A DNA stretch of 64,000 bases from Kiritimatiellia bacterium (GCA_050950285.1 JBMNHG010000002.1:948654-1012653); one strand, 5' to 3'. Positions 28,976 to 39,390 are shown, counted from the stretch's first letter. Notes: generated by a model from the sequence alone, not told the origin. Numbers and translations: made by a program.

Positions 28976-29436
28976 CCGGGGTGCTGGCCTGCGCGGCCGT
29001 CCTGGCGGCCGGAGCGCCTGCGACGGGCGCTTCCGGGGGCGACGGGCCCGAAGCCGCCGCCGAGGCCCTGCGGGCGGCACGCCGCGCGCGGCTGGCGCAG
29101 GAGTTGGAGGACGAAGCCCGGGAGGATGGGCGGAAGGGGGCGCCGCGCGCCGCCGGGACCGCACGCCCCGCCCTCTTCCCGCGGATGATCGTAGGCTTCT
29201 ATCGCGCCTGCATCGGCCCCGCCATCGGATCGCGCTGCGCCCTCGAACCGAGTTGCTCCCGCTATTTCCTGGAGGCGTCGAAGCGCCATGGCTGGCTTGG
29301 GGTGCCGATGATCGCCGACCGCTTTGTCCGCGAGCCGGTGGCCTCCGCATCCGACCGCTGGGTCCAGAACGCCGCCGGCGAGCCCCGGCATCCCGACCCG
29401 GTCGACGACCACGATTTCTGGATGGAAACGCGATGA
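28945..29436 (+). CDS. YidD-like (DUF37) protein with N-terminal signal peptide
   Basis: FYRACIGPAIGSRCALEPSCSRYFLEASKRHG motif; GTG start overlapping the upstream gene. Confidence 0.75.
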   Translation: MRPLRSKRLLAGVLACAAVLAAGAPATGASGGDGPEAAAEALRAARRARLAQELEDEAREDGRKGAPRAAGTARPALFPRMIVGFYRACIGPAIGSRCALEPSCSRYFLEASKRHGWLGVPMIADRFVREPVASASDRWVQNAAGEPRHPDPVDDHDFWMETR

Positions 29437-30332
29437 AGGTGTTCCGGACACTGCCCTGCGCCCTGTTGTCCCTGCTTGTCCCGCTCGCCGGGATGCGGGC
29501 CGCGAATGCGGCGGGGGATTCGTCGCTTGCCGCCGCCCTCGATTTCCAGGCGACGGGCGACTTCGCGGCGGCGGCGCTGGACTACCGGCGCGCCGCCGCG
29601 GAGGAGGACAGCGCCGAAACCCGCGCCCACCTCTACCTCGCCGCCGCCGAGGCCTACCGCCGGACGGGCCGCTACGACCGCATGGCCAAGATGCTCGACC
29701 GCGTGGACGAGGAGGTCGCCGAAGACGATGCCGCCGTGGAGATTCCGCTCGCGTGGCTGCGCATGGCCCACGACGAGGCGCGGGGCGACTGGCCTTCCGC
29801 CCAGCTGCGGGCCGAATCCTTCCTCGACCGGGACGGCGCGGACGCCTCCTCCGGCGCCGGCCTCCCCTTCCTGCGCCATGCGGCGGCGAACGCCCTGCGA
29901 GCCGGGGATTATCCCGCCGCGCGCCGCCATGCCGCCGCCCTCCCCGACGCGGCCGCCCTGGAATCCATCGACCGCCACGCCGCAGGCCGGAACCGCTCGC
30001 CCCGCCTGGGCGGCCTGCTGGGGCTGGTTCCGGGCATGGGCTACGCCTATTCCGGGGAGTGGGGCAACATGGCGCGTTCCCTGTTGTTGAACGGACTCTT
30101 CGGCTGGGCGATGGTGGAAACCGCCTCCCGCGACCAGTGGGCGCTCTTTTCGGCGGCGGCCTTCTTCGAACTCACCTGGTACACCGGAAGCATCTATGGC
30201 GGAATCGACGCCGCCCACCGCGCCAACCGCGACCGTCTCGACGCCGCCGCGGCGGACGTGCTGGGGCCGGACGAGCCGGAGATCCGCCCCTCCCCGGGCA
30301 TCGGGCTCTTCCGCATCGACCTGGCGTTCTAG
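29433..30332 (+). CDS. Exported TPR-like protein with C-terminal TM2-like membrane segment
   Basis: ATGA overlap; signal peptide; Ala-rich helical repeats; RSPRLGGLLGLVPGMGYAYSGEW. Confidence 0.7.
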   Translation: MKVFRTLPCALLSLLVPLAGMRAANAAGDSSLAAALDFQATGDFAAAALDYRRAAAEEDSAETRAHLYLAAAEAYRRTGRYDRMAKMLDRVDEEVAEDDAAVEIPLAWLRMAHDEARGDWPSAQLRAESFLDRDGADASSGAGLPFLRHAAANALRAGDYPAARRHAAALPDAAALESIDRHAAGRNRSPRLGGLLGLVPGMGYAYSGEWGNMARSLLLNGLFGWAMVETASRDQWALFSAAAFFELTWYTGSIYGGIDAAHRANRDRLDAAAADVLGPDEPEIRPSPGIGLFRIDLAF

Positions 30333-30383
30333 CCTCCGCGCGGCGCGCCGCGCCTTCCTCCAACTCCGTCCGGAGCGAACCCC

Positions 30384-31460
30384 ATGACCACCCGCCATCA
30401 AACCCGGCCCCTCCAGATTGGAACCCTGCCCATCGGCGGGGGTGCGCCCGTGAGCGTGCAGACGATGACGAAAACCGACACGCGCGACGTCGCCGCCACC
30501 GTCGCGCAGATCCGGTCCGTCGCCGACTTGGGCTGCGACATCGTGCGCCTGGCCGTGCCGGACATGGACGCCGCGAGGGCGCTGCGCGCCATCCGGAGCG
30601 AATCGCCCGTGCCGTTGGTCGCGGACATCCATTTCGACCATCGCCTGGCCATCGCCTCCGCCGAAGCGGGCGTGGACGCCCTGCGCATCAATCCCGGCAA
30701 CATCGGCGGGCGCGGCAACGTGCGCGAGGTGGTCGCCGCCGCCCGCGACCACGGCCTCCCCATCCGCATCGGCGTGAACAGCGGCTCCGTCGAGGCCGAC
30801 CTGCTCGAACGCTTCGGCGGCCCCGTGCCCGAAGCCCTGGTGGAAAGCGCCCTCCGCCACGTGGCGATGCTCGAGGCCGAAGACTTCCATGAAACCAAGA
30901 TTTCCGTGAAAGCCTCCGACGTGCCCCGCACGCTCGCCGCCTACCGCCTGCTCGCCGCGCGTACGGACTATCCGCTCCACCTCGGCGTGACCGAAGCCGG
31001 CACCCTTCTCGCCGGGGCCGTGCGGTCCGCCGCCGCCTTGGGCGCGCTGCTGATGGAGGGAATCGGCGACACCCTCCGCATATCCCTTACCGCCCCGCCC
31101 GAGCAAGAGGTCCGCGCCGGGCTCGAACTGCTCCGCTGCCTGGGCCTGCGCGCGCCGGGTCCGATGGTCACCTCCTGCCCCACCTGCGGGCGAACGCAGG
31201 TGGACGTGGCGGGCGTCGCCGAGGCGGTCGAAGCACGCCTCGAAGCCTTCTATCGCGCAAATCCCGGCGCGCCGCGGCCGCACGTGGCGGTGATGGGGTG
31301 CGTGGTGAACGGGCCGGGCGAGGCGAAACACGCCGACATCGCCGTGGCCGGCGGCAAGGGGGTCTTCCTGCTCTACCGCAAAGGGGAGCAGGTGGGCGTG
31401 ATCCCCGCTTCCGAAGCCGTCGACCGCATCGTCCGGCTCGTCGAGGAGTTCCAGCCCTGA
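30384..31460 (+). CDS. ispG: 4-hydroxy-3-methylbut-2-en-1-yl diphosphate synthase
   Basis: PLVADIHF, RINPGNIG, RIGVNSGS, HLGVTEAG, SCPTCGR, VMGCVVNGPGE. Confidence 0.98.
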   Translation: MTTRHQTRPLQIGTLPIGGGAPVSVQTMTKTDTRDVAATVAQIRSVADLGCDIVRLAVPDMDAARALRAIRSESPVPLVADIHFDHRLAIASAEAGVDALRINPGNIGGRGNVREVVAAARDHGLPIRIGVNSGSVEADLLERFGGPVPEALVESALRHVAMLEAEDFHETKISVKASDVPRTLAAYRLLAARTDYPLHLGVTEAGTLLAGAVRSAAALGALLMEGIGDTLRISLTAPPEQEVRAGLELLRCLGLRAPGPMVTSCPTCGRTQVDVAGVAEAVEARLEAFYRANPGAPRPHVAVMGCVVNGPGEAKHADIAVAGGKGVFLLYRKGEQVGVIPASEAVDRIVRLVEEFQP

Positions 31461-31534
31461 CCGCGCTCCGTCCGGCCGCCTCCCGGAACGCGCCCGGCGG
31501 GGCATGGCGGAACGGGACTTGCTAGGGTTTCCCC

Positions 31535-33004
31535 ATGGTCTTCAGTTCCCACATCTTCCTCTTCTGGTTCCTGCCGTTCACGCTGTTGCTCTACTACGTG
31601 CTGCCGCGTCGCGGGCGCCATCTCTTCCTCACCCTCGCCAGCTACTTCTTCTACGGCTGGGCGAACCCGCTCTTCATGGTGCTGATGTTCGTTTCGACGT
31701 TCATCGACTACCTCTGCGGGCTCTGGATGGCCGGCGCCTGGCGCGAAATCCCGCCCGCGCTGGAGCAAGGGGGCGTCCGTTCGCGGGGGCAGCGCGCCGC
31801 GCTCGCCTGCTCCATCGTCTCGAACCTCGCCCTGCTGGGCTTCTTCAAGTACTTCAACTTCGGCATCGACACCTACAACGGGATCCTCGAGGCCCTCGGG
31901 CTCGAGGCGCTGCGGCTCGACGTGTGGCTGCGCATCACGCTCCCGCTCGGCATCAGCTTCTACACCTTCCAGTCGATGAGCTACTCCATCGACGTCTACC
32001 GCGGCGACGCCCGCGTGATCCGCAAATTCACGGACTTCGCCTGCTACGTGTCGATGTTCCCGCAGCTCGTGGCCGGCCCCATCATCCGCTTCCAGGACGT
32101 GGCCGACCAGCTTGTCTCGCGGCGCCACACCCTCGAGCTCTTCGCCCGGGGCGTGGCCTTCGTCTCGCTTGGCCTCGGCAAGAAGGTGATGCTCGCCAAC
32201 ACCTGCGGGAAGATTGCCGACACCTGCTTCGACGCCGCGTCGGTCGGCTTCCTCGACGCCTGGTACGGCGTCGTCGCCTACGCCTTCCAGATCTACTTCG
32301 ACTTCAGCGGCTACTCCGACATGGCCATCGGCCTCGGGCTCATGCTCGGCTTCACCTTCGCCAAGAACTTCGACTCGCCGTACCTCAGCCAGTCGCTCAC
32401 GGAATTCTGGCGGCGCTGGCACCTTTCGCTCTCGACCTGGCTTCGCGACAACCTCTACATCCCGCTCGGCGGAAACCGCCGCGGGAACTTCCGCACCTAC
32501 TGCAACCTCGCCATCACCATGCTCCTCGGCGGCCTCTGGCACGGCGCCTCCTGGAACTTCGTGATCTGGGGCGCCCTCCACGGCGCCGCCCTGGCCATCG
32601 AACGGGCGCGCCGCCCGAAAACCCCGGAGGAAGCCGCGGCGCGCCGCAACGCATCGCGCGCGCGCCAGATCGGCCGGACCGCCCTCACCTTCCTCTTCGT
32701 CTGCCTGGCCTGGGTCTTCTTCCGCGCCGCCGACCTGCCGCGCGCCCTGGCCTACCTGGGGTCGATGTTCGGCCTTGGCGATGCCGGCACGGGAGCCAGC
32801 CTCGTCGGGGGGCTTCTCTACCGCCCCTACTACCGGCTCGGGATGGCCGCCTCGGCAGCGGTCGTCTGGGGCGCGCCGCAAACCTGGGACTTCACCCGCC
32901 GCATCCCCTTCTGGAAGGCCTCCTGGATCCTTGCCGTCTTCGTCGCCGCCGTGCTGATGCTCACCACCCAGTCGTTCAATCCCTTCATCTATTTCATCTT
33001 CTAA
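31535..33004 (+). CDS. MBOAT O-acyltransferase (AlgI/DltB family)
   Basis: LPLGISFYTFQ, FPQLVAGPI, DFSGYSDMAIG, FWRRWHLSLS, GLWHGA. Confidence 0.95.
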   Translation: MVFSSHIFLFWFLPFTLLLYYVLPRRGRHLFLTLASYFFYGWANPLFMVLMFVSTFIDYLCGLWMAGAWREIPPALEQGGVRSRGQRAALACSIVSNLALLGFFKYFNFGIDTYNGILEALGLEALRLDVWLRITLPLGISFYTFQSMSYSIDVYRGDARVIRKFTDFACYVSMFPQLVAGPIIRFQDVADQLVSRRHTLELFARGVAFVSLGLGKKVMLANTCGKIADTCFDAASVGFLDAWYGVVAYAFQIYFDFSGYSDMAIGLGLMLGFTFAKNFDSPYLSQSLTEFWRRWHLSLSTWLRDNLYIPLGGNRRGNFRTYCNLAITMLLGGLWHGASWNFVIWGALHGAALAIERARRPKTPEEAAARRNASRARQIGRTALTFLFVCLAWVFFRAADLPRALAYLGSMFGLGDAGTGASLVGGLLYRPYYRLGMAASAAVVWGAPQTWDFTRRIPFWKASWILAVFVAAVLMLTTQSFNPFIYFIF

Positions 33005-33045
33005 GGCGGGAGTTCCCCGCCCCGCCACCCCGCTCCCGCCACGCC

Positions 33046-34539
33046 ATGATTCGCATCACGCCTGCCCCGCAAGGGGAAGAACTGTTCGACGGCTGCCGCC
33101 TCTCCGCCGAAGGCCGGCCCGTCCCCGTCCACGCGGCGCGCGTCTCCGCCATGCCCATCAACACGGTATGGCCCGGCGTGCAACGCCCCCTCTGGCAGAC
33201 CGAGACGGCGGGCTTCGCCAGCATCGGAAGCGACGGCCCCGCGACGTTCCAGGCCGACTTCGACCGCGACGTCGGGGAACTGCTCGTGCGCCCGCTCTCC
33301 CGCAACGTCGCGTGCACCCGCATCGGCCCGCGCTCCTGGCGCTTCACCCTCCCCGGGCCGGGCCAATACACCTGCGAGGCGGACGGCTTCCACAACGCCC
33401 TCCACCTCTTCGTGGATCCGCCCGGGGACTTCGCCTGCGGCCGCTCCGCGATCCGCTTCGGTCCGGGCATCCACGACGTCGGCAGGGTCGAACTCGGCAG
33501 CGACACCACCGTGGTGGTCGACGCCGGCGCCGTCGTCCGCGGCTGCTTCTACGCCTACGGCGCCGAAAACGTGGCGGTCGTGGGCCATGGCATCATCGAC
33601 GGCTCGCGCGAGGCGCGCCCCGATACGCAGGAGAACGTCTACTACCCCTGCGACTGCCAGGCCCCCATCCCGTGGGACCGCCCCGGCTTCGACGCCGCCC
33701 TCCTCCGCCAAAGCGGCGGCTGCGGGCTCGTGGACGGCTGCCTCCGCTTCTACCGATGCCGCAACGTGCGCGTCGAGGGCGTAACGCTGCGGGACTCCGC
33801 CCTCTTCGCGCTGATTCTCGGCCAGTGCGAGAACGCCGAAATCGCCAACGTCAAAACCATCGGGATGTGGCGCTACAACTCCGACGGCTTCGATCTGCTG
33901 AACTGCCGCAACATCGCCATCCGCGACAGCTTCCTGCGCAACTTCGACGATTGCGTGGTCATCAAGGGCTCCTGCGGGCTCGACACCTGGAACAACGAGA
34001 ACATCCTCGTGGAGCGCTGCGTGGTCTGGTGCGACTGGGGTCGCTCGCTCGAAATCGGCGCCGAAACCAACGCCCCGGAATACAGCAACATCGTCTTCCG
34101 CGATTGCGACCTCATACACGGATCCGCGGTCTTCATGGACATCCAGCACCACAACCGTGCGGACATCCACCACGTCCTGTTCGAAGACATCCGCGCCGAA
34201 TACACCCGCCACCAGCTCTCCGAAGTGTACGAGGCGGACGTGTCCGCGCCCTACGTTCCCCCGCGACCCGTTCGCCATCCGCAGCTCTGCGCCATCCCCG
34301 TCTGGGACGATGGCCTTTACGCAAAGGACGGCCTCAACGGGCGCGTGCACGACATCGCCTTCCGCCGCATCCGCGTCTTCGCCGATCCCGGCGTCCCCAC
34401 GCCCGAATGCTTCTTCCGCGGCGTCGATGCCGGCCACGACGTGCGCGACATCGTCCTGGAGGACTTCACCCTGAACGGCGAGCCCTTCCGGCCCGTGGTC
34501 CATGCGAACGAGTTCGTCTCCGGGCTGCGCCTTTCCTGA
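33046..34539 (+). CDS. Pectin-lyase-fold glycoside hydrolase (GH28-like)
   Basis: FGPGIH, GHGIIDG, NSDGFD, DDCVVIK motifs; ATG 33046. Confidence 0.8.
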   Translation: MIRITPAPQGEELFDGCRLSAEGRPVPVHAARVSAMPINTVWPGVQRPLWQTETAGFASIGSDGPATFQADFDRDVGELLVRPLSRNVACTRIGPRSWRFTLPGPGQYTCEADGFHNALHLFVDPPGDFACGRSAIRFGPGIHDVGRVELGSDTTVVVDAGAVVRGCFYAYGAENVAVVGHGIIDGSREARPDTQENVYYPCDCQAPIPWDRPGFDAALLRQSGGCGLVDGCLRFYRCRNVRVEGVTLRDSALFALILGQCENAEIANVKTIGMWRYNSDGFDLLNCRNIAIRDSFLRNFDDCVVIKGSCGLDTWNNENILVERCVVWCDWGRSLEIGAETNAPEYSNIVFRDCDLIHGSAVFMDIQHHNRADIHHVLFEDIRAEYTRHQLSEVYEADVSAPYVPPRPVRHPQLCAIPVWDDGLYAKDGLNGRVHDIAFRRIRVFADPGVPTPECFFRGVDAGHDVRDIVLEDFTLNGEPFRPVVHANEFVSGLRLS

Positions 34540-34570
34540 CGCAAGCGAAACCCCGTCCGGAGCCCTTCCC

Positions 34571-35156
34571 ATGGCGATTCCCCGCATCCTGTTGATTGGC
34601 GACTCCATCCGGCATGGGCTACTGCGCGACCGTGGCGTCCGAGCTGGCGGGAACGGCCGAGGTGGCCTGCCCGGAAGAGAACTGCCGGAACAGCCAGTAC
34701 GTTCTCACGGGCCTGGAGGCGTGGGCGGAACTCTGCCCGAACCCCGCCCTCGTGCACGTGAACTTCGGCCAATGGGACACGGCGCGCTTCGCCGGCGCCG
34801 GGGAGCGGCTGACGTCCCCTGCGGAGTATCGCCGCAACGCCGGACTGGTCTTCCGCGCGCTGGCCCGGCGCTTCCCGGGGGCCCGGCGGATCTTCGCGAC
34901 CACGACCCCCATGCGTCCCGGCCCCTACGAAGGGCCCCACCCGCGCTACAACTCCGACATCGACGAATACAACGCCCTCGCCATCGAGGCCGCCCGCGAA
35001 TGCGGCGTGGGGATCGACGACCTGAACGCCTTCGCGCGGGATTGGCCCGCCGAAGCCTTCGCCGACTCCTGCCACTTCACGGCCGAAGCCTACGCCCGCC
35101 TCGGGCGCGAAGTCGCCCGCGTGATCCGCGCCGCCCTGCCAGGCCGCCAGTCCTAA
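34571..35156 (+). pseudogene. SGNH/GDSL hydrolase with a +1 frameshift near 34611 (possible sequencing error)
   Basis: MAIPRILLIGDSIR in one frame continues as MGYCATV..NFGQWD..DSCHF in another; one extra G in CGGCATG. Confidence 0.8.
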
Positions 35157-35187
35157 AAAAACGGCGCGCCGCGATTTGCGGGCGGGG

Positions 35188-36573
35188 TCAGACGAGGTCG
35201 CGGGCGGATTCGAGCCCGGGCATCATCTGGCCCTTGTAGATGTCGAACATCCCGCGGAAGTATTCGCGGCGGCGGGCGGCGCCCCGGTTCATCGGGTAGC
35301 AGTCCAGCGCCTGGGCGAAGAGGCGCGGGTCTTGGGTGGCAAGGGCGTCCGCGACGAGCGTCTGGAACTCCGAGAGGGAGGCGACGAGCCCTTGCCAGGG
35401 GTGCGGGACGTACTGGTCGGGGACGGGCGTGATGGTGTCGCCGCGAAGATCCATCGTGTATTCGAGGGCGGCGCGGCCGTCGAAGCCAATCACGGCGCCG
35501 CGGTTGGGGCGGGAGGCCATGATGCGCATTTCCGCCGTGCCGGAGAAGGCGCGGAAGATGTCGCGGGTGATGTCGGTGTCGTCCCGCCAGAAGAGACCGC
35601 CCTTTGCGGACCAGTCGGGAGGGGCGGGCGAAGCGGCGGCGGCGCAGAGCCGCCGGAGGTTCGCGGCGCGCGCGGCGGTGGCGGCGCGGAGATCCTCCTC
35701 CGGATCATAGCCGGGGCGGATGCGTTCGGCCGCGGCGCGCTGTTCGGCGAGGTACTCTTCGTGGAAGAGGTGGCCCATGCCGTCGCCTTCGGTGGAAAAG
35801 ACGAGTGTCCCGGTGCGGCGGTAGAGATCCGCGTAGCGACGGAGGGCGACCTCGATGTGGCGATTGAAGTTCTCGTTGAAGCCCGTCCGGATGGGCATGC
35901 ACGTCCAGTCGGGGACGAGGTGTTCGGCGAGGATTTCGTGGATGTCGCGTCCGTTGCGGGTGCCGCGGAGGATGAACGCCAGGTGGTTCACGCCGGCGGC
36001 GACCACGTCCCAGGCTGGGTCGAACTCGTCGCGTCCGCAGAGGCGGGAGAGATCCCATCGGTGGTTGTTGAAGCCGCCGCAGATGCCCAGAGCGGAGATG
36101 GAGGTGTGGTTGCCGACCATCGCGCTGTAGATGGCGACGGGGTTGGCGAAGATCAGCATGCGCGCCTTGGGGGAGCGCTTCTCGAGCGTCCGGGCGAACG
36201 AGAAGAGCTGTCCGCCGATGCGGGCCGCGAGGAAGGCGCCGTGGAGCGACAGCTGGTCGGAGCAGAGGTAGCCGTGTCGATCCGAGAGCAGCAACGCCTG
36301 GGTGTTCATGGGCGGGCGCTCCGCGGCCATCGTGATGTAGAGGACGTCGCACCCGTCGAAGGCGGCGTCGATGTTGTCCGTGGCGGCGATGGTGCAGTCG
36401 CCGGGGAATTCCGGGCACCGTGCGAGCAGGTTCGCCACGGCCCGTGCGGCGCACAGGTCGCGATCCACCAGGCGGATTTCGCCTCCGCGGAAACTCCCGG
36501 GCGAAGCGGCGAAGGTGCCGCGGAGCACGGGGATCAGGCGAAGCGAGCCTCCGCCGAGGAAGACGGATGTCAT
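35188..36573 (-). CDS. Glycoside hydrolase family 4 (NAD-dependent)
   Basis: VFLGGGS, IRLVD, FANP, GICGG, AGVNH. Confidence 0.8.
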   Translation of the reverse strand: MTSVFLGGGSLRLIPVLRGTFAASPGSFRGGEIRLVDRDLCAARAVANLLARCPEFPGDCTIAATDNIDAAFDGCDVLYITMAAERPPMNTQALLLSDRHGYLCSDQLSLHGAFLAARIGGQLFSFARTLEKRSPKARMLIFANPVAIYSAMVGNHTSISALGICGGFNNHRWDLSRLCGRDEFDPAWDVVAAGVNHLAFILRGTRNGRDIHEILAEHLVPDWTCMPIRTGFNENFNRHIEVALRRYADLYRRTGTLVFSTEGDGMGHLFHEEYLAEQRAAAERIRPGYDPEEDLRAATAARAANLRRLCAAAASPAPPDWSAKGGLFWRDDTDITRDIFRAFSGTAEMRIMASRPNRGAVIGFDGRAALEYTMDLRGDTITPVPDQYVPHPWQGLVASLSEFQTLVADALATQDPRLFAQALDCYPMNRGAARRREYFRGMFDIYKGQMMPGLESARDLV

Positions 36574-36591
36574 GGGGCGCGGGTGCCGGGA

Positions 36592-38169
36592 TCAGTCGAG
36601 GTTCACGCAGGCCAGCGAATGGGCCCGGACGTCGCGGGCGATCTCGCCGAGCATGTCTGCGGGGACGTCGGAGTTGATCTTGAAAATTGCGAGCGAGCGC
36701 TTCGTCTTTGCGTCGTGGGGGTTGCGCATGTCCTCGATGTTGATGTCGGCGTCCGCCAGGCGGCGGGAGATGGCGGCGATCACGCCGGGGCGGTCGTCGT
36801 AGATGCAGAAGATCATGTGGCCGCTGGGCTGGAAGTAGAGGCGGTCGAACTCGTTGATGCGCGAGATCATCAGGACGCCCTCGGCCACGGTGCCGCGCAC
36901 GGAGGTGCGCCGGAGGCGGTCGTCCTTCTCGACGACGAGGTCGAGGGTGATGGAATTCGAGAAGCCCTTCTGGTCGTCGGTGGCGCGGTTCTCGTAGCCG
37001 ATGCCCCGCTCCTGGAGGTATCGGCCGGCGGCGATGTGGTCGTTGAAGCGGTCGAAGGAGTCGTCGATGCCGGAGAGGGTGGGCACGAGGAGCCATTGGG
37101 CGAAGGGGCCGAGCGTGCCGTAGAAGCTGGTTTCGAGCATCTTCACGGGCGCCTGCGGGCCGGCGAGATGGCGGGCGAGGCGGGCGATGGTGAAGGCGAG
37201 GTCGCAGTAGGCCTTGTCGAGCCCGTCGGGGATGTCGCGATTCACGATGAAGGAGGTGATGCCCTTTTCGTCGAGGCCGATGAGCTCCTCGGCGGCGCAG
37301 CGCGCCGCGTTGATGTTGGCCTCGCGGGTGTTGGCGCCGAGGTGGGGGAGCATGATGTCCGCGACGTCCGCGATGCTCTTGGGGCCCTCTTCGTCCTTGG
37401 GATAGACGTCGTTGAGGTAGCGGATGCCCTTCTCGGCCTTGACGGCGCGGAGGGCGTCCTCGTCGACGATGCCGGCGCGGGCGCAGTTCACGAGGGTGGC
37501 GCCCGGCTTCATCCGTCCGAGGAGCTTCGCGCCGACGAGCTTGCGGGTGCTGTCGTTTTCGGGGATGTGGAGGGTGACGACGTCGGACTTCGCGAAGACG
37601 TCCTCGAGGCTGGCGGGTTCGACGCCGAGGGCCAGGATCTTGTCCGTCGGGACGATGGGGTCGTAGCCGAGGAAGGTGCATTCGAAGCCTGCGAGGCGTT
37701 TGACCACGAGGCGCCCGATGTTCCCGACGCCCACGACGCCGACGGTTCGGCCGGCGAGCTCGCGGCCCATGAAGTTCTTCTTCTCCCACTTGCCGGCGCG
37801 GGTCGAGATGTCGCCCGGGATGATGTGGCGGTAGTCGGCGAGGATGAGCGCGATGACCTCTTCGGCGACGCTGTTGGAGTTGGCGCCGGGGGTGTTCATC
37901 ACGTCGACGCCGCGCTTGCGGGCATGCTTGATGTCGATGGTGTTGTAGCCGGCGCCCGCCCGGACGATCATCTTGAGCCGGGGCAGGGCGTCGATGGTGT
38001 CGGCCGAGATCGTCTCGCTGCGCACGATGAGGGCATAGGTGTCGGGATGGGCGGCGACGAGCTCCCCGAGGGGGGTCGTGGCGTCCTGGACCACCTCATA
38101 GCCGCCATGGGCCGTGAGGATGTCCGCGGCGATGGTGTCGAGTTTCGTGGGGATGAGGACCTTTTTCAT
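36592..38169 (-). CDS. serA: D-3-phosphoglycerate dehydrogenase with C-terminal ACT domain
   Basis: RAGAGYNTID, NTPGAN, GVGNIG, NCARAG, PHLGA, DRPGVI. Confidence 0.9.
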   Translation of the reverse strand: MKKVLIPTKLDTIAADILTAHGGYEVVQDATTPLGELVAAHPDTYALIVRSETISADTIDALPRLKMIVRAGAGYNTIDIKHARKRGVDVMNTPGANSNSVAEEVIALILADYRHIIPGDISTRAGKWEKKNFMGRELAGRTVGVVGVGNIGRLVVKRLAGFECTFLGYDPIVPTDKILALGVEPASLEDVFAKSDVVTLHIPENDSTRKLVGAKLLGRMKPGATLVNCARAGIVDEDALRAVKAEKGIRYLNDVYPKDEEGPKSIADVADIMLPHLGANTREANINAARCAAEELIGLDEKGITSFIVNRDIPDGLDKAYCDLAFTIARLARHLAGPQAPVKMLETSFYGTLGPFAQWLLVPTLSGIDDSFDRFNDHIAAGRYLQERGIGYENRATDDQKGFSNSITLDLVVEKDDRLRRTSVRGTVAEGVLMISRINEFDRLYFQPSGHMIFCIYDDRPGVIAAISRRLADADINIEDMRNPHDAKTKRSLAIFKINSDVPADMLGEIARDVRAHSLACVNLD

Positions 38170-38313
38170 GCTTCAAACCTTCCAGGACTTCTGCTATGTT
38201 GCCGAATACGTTCCCTTGACGTTGCGAGCCGGACGAACCGAAGACGTGTGGTTCCGGCCAAGGGGCCACGGCGAAAAGGAAAGGGAATACGGGAATTGGG
38301 GGAAAAACGGGAG

Positions 38314-38342
38314 TTGACTCTATCCCCGCCGCCATGGAGAAT
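38314..38342 (+). promoter_or_regulatory. sigma70-like promoter of bamD-lptE
   Basis: TTGACT-17 nt-GAGAAT, 10 nt before ATG 38353. Confidence 0.5.
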
Positions 38343-38352
38343 CAAGCGCTTT

Positions 38353-39390
38353 ATGTTCGACTTCTTCCATCGGGCGCCGGCGCGCGCCCTCTTCCCGCGG
38401 GTGCTCTGCGCGGCCGCGTTGTCCGCTTTCGTGGCCGGAGCGGCCATGGCCCAGCACCGCGGCGCGGCGGCGGCATCGCGGGTGTCGTCCCGGCATGACG
38501 TCGAGAGCGGGCTGGACTCGCCCCATGCCTTCGGTGCCGATGGGGACGGCCTGCCGGCGGCCAAGGCGCCCTCCCTCTTCTGCCGGCCCGCCAGGAAGAC
38601 ACCCCGCGAACAACTGGGGTGGGCCGAGAGCCTCGAGCGCGCGGGCGAACTCGGGAAGGCCTCCAAGGCGTACGATACGCTGGTCCATTCCTGGCCCCAT
38701 GCGCCCGAGGCGCTCGATGCCCAGCTCGGGGTCGCGCGCCTGGCCGATGCCCGGGGCAAGAGCGTCTGTGCCTTCGACGAATACCGCTATCTGCTGGTCT
38801 ACTTCGCCGACCGCATTCCCGCCGCCGCAGTGCTCGACCGGATGATCCATATCGCGGACGCCCGGCTCGACTGCGGGAAAAGCGATTCCGCGCTCAAGAT
38901 GTACGCACAGATTGCCGCACACGCCCCCCAGTGGCCGCAGTCCCGCCGCGCCCTCCTCGCCGCCGCCCGCATCTGCGAAGGCAAGAAGGAGTATGCCGAC
39001 GCCATCCGCCACTGCAACATCCTCCTCGCCCGCTCGCCCGGAAGCGTCGAAGCCGCCGCCGCCGCCCATCTCTCCGGCCGTTGCGGCTACCGGATCGCCA
39101 GGAAGCAGCATCGCGACGACGCCTTGTGCGCGAAGGCCCTTTCCGCGCTCTCCTTCGCCATGCGGGAGTTCCCCGACGAAGCCGACGCCGCTGCAACCGC
39201 CGAGCTGCTCCGGGATTTAACGGCACGCCGCGTGGCGCTCCAGTTCGAGGCCGCCGCCTTCTACGACCGCATCCGCCGCAACCCCTCCGCCGCCGTCGTC
39301 TCCTATCGCGAATTCGCCCGGCGCTTCCCCGGCACCCCCGAAGCCGCCCGCGCCCTCGCCCGCGCCGAAGAACTCGAAGCGGGGCAATGA
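38353..39390 (+). CDS. bamD: TPR protein, BamD/YfiO-like outer membrane assembly factor
   Basis: TPR helices, AAFYDRI..AAVVSYREFARRFPGT; adjacent to lptE. No lipobox seen, so the symbol is tentative. Confidence 0.65.
   Translation: MFDFFHRAPARALFPRVLCAAALSAFVAGAAMAQHRGAAAASRVSSRHDVESGLDSPHAFGADGDGLPAAKAPSLFCRPARKTPREQLGWAESLERAGELGKASKAYDTLVHSWPHAPEALDAQLGVARLADARGKSVCAFDEYRYLLVYFADRIPAAAVLDRMIHIADARLDCGKSDSALKMYAQIAAHAPQWPQSRRALLAAARICEGKKEYADAIRHCNILLARSPGSVEAAAAAHLSGRCGYRIARKQHRDDALCAKALSALSFAMREFPDEADAAATAELLRDLTARRVALQFEAAAFYDRIRRNPSAAVVSYREFARRFPGTPEAARALARAEELEAGQ

Noticed and set aside
35176..38352. 1404-aa ORF 35176-39390 as one protein
   Set aside because: The 5' three quarters is antisense to GH4 and serA; only 38353-39390 is a credible gene.
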